A DNA stretch of 24,418 nucleotides, taken from a virus. Lineage: Duplodnaviria > Caudoviricetes. The notes beneath the pieces were generated by a model, which saw only the letters and a program-made list of their open reading frames with translations, had not been told where the DNA came from and searched no databases. The stretch is taken from the IMG/VR virus record IMGVR_UViG_3300017913_000109, positions 1 through 24,418 of that record. The stretch is one strand, 5' to 3'. Positions 18,704 through 23,491 of the stretch are shown one piece after another. The first letter of the stretch is position 1. Each line of letters begins with the position of its first letter. Both the position numbers and the translations under genes were made by a program.

Positions 18704-18706
18704 CTA

Positions 18707-19486
18707 TTATAACCCTTCACGCTCACGGTAGCGACGATATACGCCAAGAAGTTGCTCCATGTTCATTGCAGGCAAGCCTAATTCTGCTTCTATGCCGCGC
18801 TGAACCTCAATGAACTTTTTAAATTCTTCGGTAGCGGGAGAAAAACTTTCTGGTGCCAACGCGCCCATCACTGGCGAAACTGGTGCAGGCTCTACAGAAA
18901 CCTCTGGAACAATGCTTGCTGTTGGGCTTGTATTTGTCATGCCAAGAACATGCTGTTCATATAGCTTTTTAATGTCATCCTTATCAGCCCAAAGCATGAA
19001 ATTATAACTTCCAAGTTTACGCCCTAGCGCATCTCCCATTTCCTCAACTGTTGGCTGGCTATTAGAAAGCATTGGACGATTGCCACCATAATCATAGGTC
19101 ATGCCTGTTGCGGGTTGGTTTTGTGGCAACCTACGGCGAAGCCCCCCTTGACTAGGTGCTAAGATCGTATCGTTAAAACGTTCATCCATGAGTGCCGCAG
19201 CCGCTTGACGATCAGCTTCCGCACGATTGTATGCATCCACACGGTCTAGGTTTCTTTGATCACGGCGTTTTGTAAGCTCGTCTACTACCGTAGAAACAGC
19301 GCGACCAGTATCATTCTTGCGTTGGCGTAAGCGATCTTCATAACCGCGTGGTCTAAATAATTCATTTGCTAAGAGGCTTAGAAGTCCACCGCCCTCAAAG
19401 CGATCACCGCTGCGCCCTGCACCGCCACCGTCAATCATATCCATTAAACTGGTGTATTGTGGGCGATCATCGTAACCATAAGCCAT
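18707..19486 (-). CDS. Hypothetical protein (possibly virion-associated)
   Basis: 259 aa with a DMIDGGGAGRSGDRFEGGG N-terminal motif; TAATG coupled to the upstream microprotein. Confidence 0.7.
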   Translation of the reverse strand: MAYGYDDRPQYTSLMDMIDGGGAGRSGDRFEGGGLLSLLANELFRPRGYEDRLRQRKNDTGRAVSTVVDELTKRRDQRNLDRVDAYNRAEADRQAAAALMDERFNDTILAPSQGGLRRRLPQNQPATGMTYDYGGNRPMLSNSQPTVEEMGDALGRKLGSYNFMLWADKDDIKKLYEQHVLGMTNTSPTASIVPEVSVEPAPVSPVMGALAPESFSPATEEFKKFIEVQRGIEAELGLPAMNMEQLLGVYRRYREREGL

Positions 19487-19626
19487 TATTTCTTAGCCTT
19501 CTTTTTTGCTTTCTTTGCTACCGACATTGCAATTGCTTTTGCTTGTGCTGGCGATTTACCCGCTTTTATCTCGCGGCGTATGTTTTCAGCAATGCTTTTC
19601 TTTGAGTAGCCTTGAATAAGTGGCAT
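19486..19626 (-). CDS. Lys-rich microprotein, 46 aa
   Basis: Manual translation MPLIQGYSKKSIAENIRREIKAGKSPAQAKAIAMSVAKKAKKKAKK; SD AAGGT; TAATG overlap with the next gene. Confidence 0.8.
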   Translation of the reverse strand: MPLIQGYSKKSIAENIRREIKAGKSPAQAKAIAMSVAKKAKKKAKK

Positions 19627-19628
19627 GA

Positions 19629-19733
19629 CTAACCTTTAGCTAAACACTTACCAGCCATTGCGCACTTGCTTGGTGTTGGGCAACCCTTGCACGGCTTAAA
19701 ACCCGCTGCTGCTGCTGACTTTCCAGTTCTCAT
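19629..19733 (-). CDS. Cys4 microprotein, 34 aa
   Basis: Manual translation MRTGKSAAAAGFKPCKGCPTPSKCAMAGKCLAKG; ATGA overlap with the upstream ORF. Confidence 0.7.
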   Translation of the reverse strand: MRTGKSAAAAGFKPCKGCPTPSKCAMAGKCLAKG

Positions 19734-19783
19734 TTCTTTTTCCCGCCTTTTTTCTTCATCGTAGATTTTTTACCGTAACCCAT
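19730..19783 (-). CDS. Lys-rich micropeptide, 17 aa
   Basis: Manual translation MGYGKKSTMKKKGGKKK (alternative ATG at 19786); stop/start overlaps on both sides. Confidence 0.6.
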   Translation of the reverse strand: MGYGKKSTMKKKGGKKK

Positions 19784-19908
19784 CATTTTTTCCTTTTCTT
19801 GACTTTAACGCAGCGATCCTTGCCGCCTTTGGTTCCAGCATAACGATAGCCCTTCCAGCAAGCCTTGCCGTCAGCACCTTTTTTCTTTGTAGTGGTTTTT
19901 CTAGCCAT
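19783..19908 (-). CDS. Lys-rich microprotein with a CWKGY motif, 41 aa
   Basis: Manual translation MARKTTTKKKGADGKACWKGYRYAGTKGGKDRCVKVKKRKK. Confidence 0.75.
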   Translation of the reverse strand: MARKTTTKKKGADGKACWKGYRYAGTKGGKDRCVKVKKRKK

Positions 19909-19912
19909 GAAA

Positions 19913-19941
19913 CGCCCTATTGTTAGGGCGACTTTAGCATA
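19913..19941 (-). promoter_or_regulatory. Hairpin over the ribosome-binding site plus a candidate -10 element
   Basis: Minus strand TATGCTAAAGT-CGCCCTA-ACAA-TAGGGCG-TTTC-ATG. Confidence 0.45.
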
Positions 19942-21201
19942 TTACGCAATCCCGCGCAAATTCCTTCTAATAGGCTCTCCCCATTCAGCCGCAGGCTTAT
20001 ATCCGACAGCTAAATAACGGAACGCATCGGCACCGTGGGAAGTCCAATCATGCAACGGTCTGCCACGCCAAGTTTTCAGTCTTTCGTCATAATCCCTGCG
20101 GTATTGTCTAAGTGCCTCAATACCTCTGGTGCATTTGCCTTCATCAAACCAACAGCGTGGGATCATGCTACGCGCAGCCTGTATGCCATCCTCTACCGCT
20201 AGTTTCGGCGCAATCTCAATGTTCCGTATGCCCAGCGCGTCAAGCGTTTCAAGCCTGCTTTTCCCTGTTCCCAGTTCCTTGACTTGGACATCATGCGGCA
20301 AAATGTGTTGCTCGTATTGGTAGTCTTTGTCCAAGAGAACTTTTGCATAGTGATCTAACCCTACTCCGCTGTTTTCGTAATAATCTATAATCCTAACCTC
20401 ACGGCCTACGAACTGGGCGAACCAAATTGCGGTGCTGTCGCCTATTCCTAAGTCCCATGCAGTGATGACAGATGCCGCACGATCATATGGCACCTTGGTG
20501 ATGCGCCCTTGCTCAGTCGCTTCTTTCATTTCCCTTGAAAAGAACGCCCCAACAATTGCCGCTTCAAAACTACACTCAAATTCTTGCAAGTAGCGGTCAT
20601 CCCCCATTGTCCGTCTTGCTTCATCAAGTTCCTCTTGATCCAGTATTGATGTTTCAGATGCTTTGAACATTTCGGCATACCAGTTTGGATCGTTTTGTGC
20701 TTCATGCCAGATTTCCCAGAAATCGTTTTTGCCTTTGGGTGTTCCAATGAATGTTGCCTTACCTTTGCGATCCGTAAGTGCGGGGCGAATAACTGTGGGC
20801 CACGCTGATGCAGGGAAGTCGGCAGGCTCATCCAATACGACAGCATCAAAGAACAAGCCGCGCATGGCATCGTAGTTATCTGCACCAAATAGACGTATTC
20901 GCGCACCGTTAGGGAAATCTATTCTTAGCTCAGAGGCATTGACCTCTATACCAGGTATAACGGCTGTGAACTCTTTGAGGTAATCCCATGCAATTGCTTT
21001 GGCCTGTCGGTAATATGGAGCGATGTAAGCTACGCGAACATTCTTGCGCTGAATTGTAAGAGCATCCCGAATAAGGTCATTGATCGCTGCTACTGTTTTA
21101 CCGAAGCGTCTATGAGCAACGAGGCAAGCAAAGCGTTCTTTCCTGTTATGGAAGTCTTGTAAATGCGCTCTTGGCTTATAGGGGATTTCTATGACTGCCA
21201 T
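19942..21201 (-). CDS. terL: Terminase large subunit
   Basis: Walker A HRRFGKT, Walker B VVLDE, motif III GTPKG, nuclease motifs WDLG..D and HDWTSHGADAFRY. Confidence 0.95.
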   Translation of the reverse strand: MAVIEIPYKPRAHLQDFHNRKERFACLVAHRRFGKTVAAINDLIRDALTIQRKNVRVAYIAPYYRQAKAIAWDYLKEFTAVIPGIEVNASELRIDFPNGARIRLFGADNYDAMRGLFFDAVVLDEPADFPASAWPTVIRPALTDRKGKATFIGTPKGKNDFWEIWHEAQNDPNWYAEMFKASETSILDQEELDEARRTMGDDRYLQEFECSFEAAIVGAFFSREMKEATEQGRITKVPYDRAASVITAWDLGIGDSTAIWFAQFVGREVRIIDYYENSGVGLDHYAKVLLDKDYQYEQHILPHDVQVKELGTGKSRLETLDALGIRNIEIAPKLAVEDGIQAARSMIPRCWFDEGKCTRGIEALRQYRRDYDERLKTWRGRPLHDWTSHGADAFRYLAVGYKPAAEWGEPIRRNLRGIA

Positions 21202-21569
21202 TTTACAACTAAATCGCTGTCGTCTTTACCCACATGCTCTTGCACTTGCTTTTCTCTCCAATCATCAGGAAAGCGGTTTTTCATTTGGAAGATCATCAGC
21301 GTTGGATTTGGCGTTACCCCTTCAGGGTTCATTCCTAGTGCTGCGGTTCTCAATGCATTCTCCCAGAAACCTTGCGCATAATCCGTTGCCTTTTTTATAG
21401 CGTCGGAAAATTCAGGCTTTGTTTTTTTCCAATCATACAAGGTATCTTTGTGAATATCTAGCTCAAAAGCTATCTGAGTGATGCTAAGTCCTTGTTTTCC
21501 AAGGTCTATTACCTGATCGCAGAAACTTTCATCATACTTAGATGGTCTGCCTACTGGTTTCTTTTCCAT
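21189..21569 (-). CDS. terS: Terminase small subunit
   Basis: GRPSKY start, HTH (SITQIAFELDIHKDTLYDW), MKNRF..DWR motif; overlaps the terL start. Confidence 0.85.
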   Translation of the reverse strand: MEKKPVGRPSKYDESFCDQVIDLGKQGLSITQIAFELDIHKDTLYDWKKTKPEFSDAIKKATDYAQGFWENALRTAALGMNPEGVTPNPTLMIFQMKNRFPDDWREKQVQEHVGKDDSDLVVKWQS

Positions 21570-21626
21570 AAATCCGTCCTTAACAGGGTGCGTCTATATA
21601 TTGTGTATAATAGTTTATTGGCCACT

Positions 21627-21731
21627 AAAATGAAAGACCCCCCGAACATACCCGCGTTCAGGGGGTCAGTGAAGGAGAGCCTTGTGTATGGAGCACATAC
21701 GACCAACAGGGAGGGAGAAGGGTCGGCTCTT
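21627..21731 (-). ncRNA. Putative stand-alone sRNA (~105 nt): three-way junction with an anti-SD loop, plus intrinsic terminator
   Basis: AGAGCC[GACC-CUUCUCCCUCCCUGUU-GGUC][GUAUG-UGCUC-CAUAC]ACAA-GGCUCU-CCUUCACU-GACCCCC.GAAC..GUUC.GGGGGUC-UUUCAUUUU; a -10 element lies 7 nt upstream. Confidence 0.6.
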
Positions 21732-21737
21732 GCTACG

Positions 21738-21754
21738 AAGGTATCATAATTTTG
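21738..21754 (-). promoter_or_regulatory. Candidate promoter for the sRNA
   Basis: Minus strand CAAAAT-TA-TGA-TACCTT (overlapping TATGAT), immediately after the upstream terminator. Confidence 0.5.
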
Positions 21755-21759
21755 CGCAT

Positions 21760-21796
21760 AAAAAAACCCTCACAGGAGCAACCTAAACTGCAAGGG
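21760..21796 (-). terminator. Intrinsic terminator after the 96-aa gene
   Basis: CCCUUGCAG-(12-nt loop)-CUGUGAGGG followed by U7; the G-U pairs form only on the minus strand. Confidence 0.8.
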
Positions 21797-21841
21797 CTTT
21801 TATTATCCAGCGAACCGAAGGAGACCAATCCCTCGGAGCTT

Positions 21842-22132
21842 CTACACTTTAGCCGTTCTGAGGTTTGTCGTCAACTTCCTTACGTTATACGGCCCTCGCG
21901 TCCCACGAAATATGATTTCATCTACTGGGCCTGATGCGCCACGCCTTTCTTGTAATGATATTTTGGCCTGAACTTGCTCAACGCTAATATCCTCACCATC
22001 ACTTACACCATCGGGTGGCCCCCACTTTTCTATTTCTTTAGCCAACGCTTGCAACTTCTTTTCATGCTCACGCGCTACATCTAGGTCTTTGACCTCTATG
22101 TCTGCAACAATGATAGCTCTTAGTTTTGCCAT
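21842..22132 (-). CDS. Hypothetical protein, 96 aa (moron-like)
   Basis: Start reassigned to ATG 22132 (SD GGAG, 8-nt spacer): MAKLRAIIVADIEV...ERRG...IFRG. Confidence 0.75.
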   Translation of the reverse strand: MAKLRAIIVADIEVKDLDVAREHEKKLQALAKEIEKWGPPDGVSDGEDISVEQVQAKISLQERRGASGPVDEIIFRGTRGPYNVRKLTTNLRTAKV

Positions 22133-22163
22133 TTTAGTAACTCCATAATTAACTAATACATTC

Positions 22164-22192
22164 ACGGTATTATTTATAAAATGATTTGTAAA
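22164..22192 (-). promoter_or_regulatory. Sigma70-like promoter for the 96-aa gene
   Basis: TTTACA-N17-TACCGT in a very AT-rich stretch. Confidence 0.5.
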
Positions 22193-22193
22193 T

Positions 22194-22232
22194 AAAAAAA
22201 ATACCCCCTGCGGAGCGATCACGCGAGGGGGC
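22194..22232 (-). terminator. Intrinsic terminator ending the replication operon
   Basis: GCCCCCU-CGCG-UGAUCGCUC-CGC-AGGGGGU followed by A and U8. Confidence 0.8.
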
Positions 22233-22249
22233 AGTTCAGTGAGGCAAAC

Positions 22250-22756
22250 CTATGATATAGGTGGGTCAACCCTATCAGGGATATTGTTTGCTGACAAGTA
22301 TTCTAAATATGGCTGTAGATGCGCGTCTGTTATCAAACCCATCTGCACCATCTTATCTGCCAACTTACCGCGTATATACATCTCACCCACTGGCTCCCCT
22401 GCAATGATACGCTTTGCGTTTAGTGCCAAAGTGTCAGGCTTCCACGGCCCCTTGCTTGCTGGCATAGAAGCGCGTTGCGTATTCATAGACTTTGTTACGG
22501 CTGCGGCTATGTCTGCTGCGCTAGGCCAAGAACGTGACTTGTGCGCCTCTTTCAGTTTCAGCATCGCCCGATCCATTGTGCCACGAATATGATCCTCTGT
22601 CGTGTCATTAGGAAACTTCTGATTTAGCATACGCACAATGTTACGCGCTTCGTCTTCTTCTTTTGCGCGTGTATTTAGGTGCTTTGGAGTAGCGTAGCCT
22701 TCAAATATCTTTATTAGCTCGCTTAGAATAACTCTAACTCTTTCTTCGTGTGTCAT
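22250..22756 (-). CDS. Hypothetical protein, possible helicase loader/inhibitor (lambda P position)
   Basis: 168 aa, ATGA-coupled to the initiator. The WPSAADI motif resembles the FP..A.I motif of phage loader proteins; function inferred from position. Confidence 0.55.
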   Translation of the reverse strand: MTHEERVRVILSELIKIFEGYATPKHLNTRAKEEDEARNIVRMLNQKFPNDTTEDHIRGTMDRAMLKLKEAHKSRSWPSAADIAAAVTKSMNTQRASMPASKGPWKPDTLALNAKRIIAGEPVGEMYIRGKLADKMVQMGLITDAHLQPYLEYLSANNIPDRVDPPIS

Positions 22757-23412
22757 GCTTCCACCTCATCTTCCCAACGCTCACCGTTTAGCCATGTAGC
22801 CAGGTGCGGGATGTATTGTTTGTCTTTGCCTTCTAATGTTTGCACATAATCCATCAGCTTGGGAAGTAGATCATAGAAATCTGCTTTCTTAGAAGCTGCT
22901 TTGAATGCCTTACGCGCTTGTCCCTTTCCTACCTTTCTAGGATACAAAGACCATAATTGGTCAAAATAATAATTCACCTCATCATCTTTTGATGATGTAT
23001 TAGGTTCTATGGATGGTTCTATGGATGGTTTGGGTGAACGTGGTTCAGGGGTAGGGGTGAATGACATGCAGGGGTAGGGGTGAACGTCATTCAGGGGTGC
23101 ATGTTGTTCAGTGGCTTCCCGTGTAGACCCAAGACTTCCCACAACGTCTACATTGATCGTGTAATCCACTGTGTAACCTGTTTTACATTGACGTTGGCCT
23201 GCTTCTACTAAAACACCCATCGCAATCATGTCTTTGATATGGATGCGCACGGCTCTGTCGGTCATTTCCAAGTCAGCCGCCATATTCTTTTTACTGACCC
23301 AAATACCTGATCCATCGTCACTAGCCTTGTCTGCCATATACATCAGTATGGCTTTCTTGGTTAGCGACCCAATCTTTTTTGTTTGAACTAAGTTAGATAT
23401 TTTGTTACTCAT
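22753..23412 (-). CDS. Replication initiator (lambda O-like; N-terminal wHTH)
   Basis: KAIL.YMAD.A.DDG...W.S....A.D.E...RAV HTH, an iteron-encoded linker, and C-terminal F..LW..YPRKVGK..A and H.ATWLNGERWEDE motifs. Confidence 0.85.
   Translation of the reverse strand: MSNKISNLVQTKKIGSLTKKAILMYMADKASDDGSGIWVSKKNMAADLEMTDRAVRIHIKDMIAMGVLVEAGQRQCKTGYTVDYTINVDVVGSLGSTREATEQHAPLNDVHPYPCMSFTPTPEPRSPKPSIEPSIEPNTSSKDDEVNYYFDQLWSLYPRKVGKGQARKAFKAASKKADFYDLLPKLMDYVQTLEGKDKQYIPHLATWLNGERWEDEVEA
23003..23110. repeat. Iteron array / probable replication origin inside the initiator gene
   Basis: Three 23-bp tandem units (23032-23100) plus a fourth core, each TGMA-N5-TKCA; also GGTTCTATGGAT x2 (23003-23026). 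Confidence 0.75.
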
Positions 23413-23462
23413 ATATTGAGCCTTTCTTCTCAGAGGTTCTCGCTGTATTTTGTGACATTCTT

Positions 23463-23491
23463 ATTATACAGCATCCTTACTTATTGCTAAA
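23463..23491 (-). promoter_or_regulatory. Candidate promoter for the replication genes
   Basis: Minus strand TTTAGC-N17-TATAAT (perfect -10), about 50 nt upstream of the initiator ATG. Confidence 0.5.

Noticed and set aside
9519-20906. Other same-strand alternative-frame ORFs (e.g. 9519..9725, 10601..10927, 11444..11755, 12313..12570, 12924..13178, 15082..15315, 20526..20906)
   Set aside because: Short, with no recognisable motif or functional complementarity, unlike the nested methyltransferase ORF.
21627-21731. tRNA or CRISPR-like interpretation of the structured region
   Set aside because: No D/T-loop consensus or anticodon arm, and no identical direct repeats with regular spacers.
21627-21841. 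Plus-strand reading as a CsrB/RsmZ-like GGA-loop sponge
   Set aside because: GGA motifs are present, but G-U pairs, U-tails and the promoter position all favour the minus-strand RNA. Only strand-specific data would exclude it formally.
22133-22222. N-terminal extension of the 21842 ORF as given in the track (126 aa)
   Set aside because: The GTG start lies inside a terminator hairpin and runs through the promoter; ATG 22132 has the SD.
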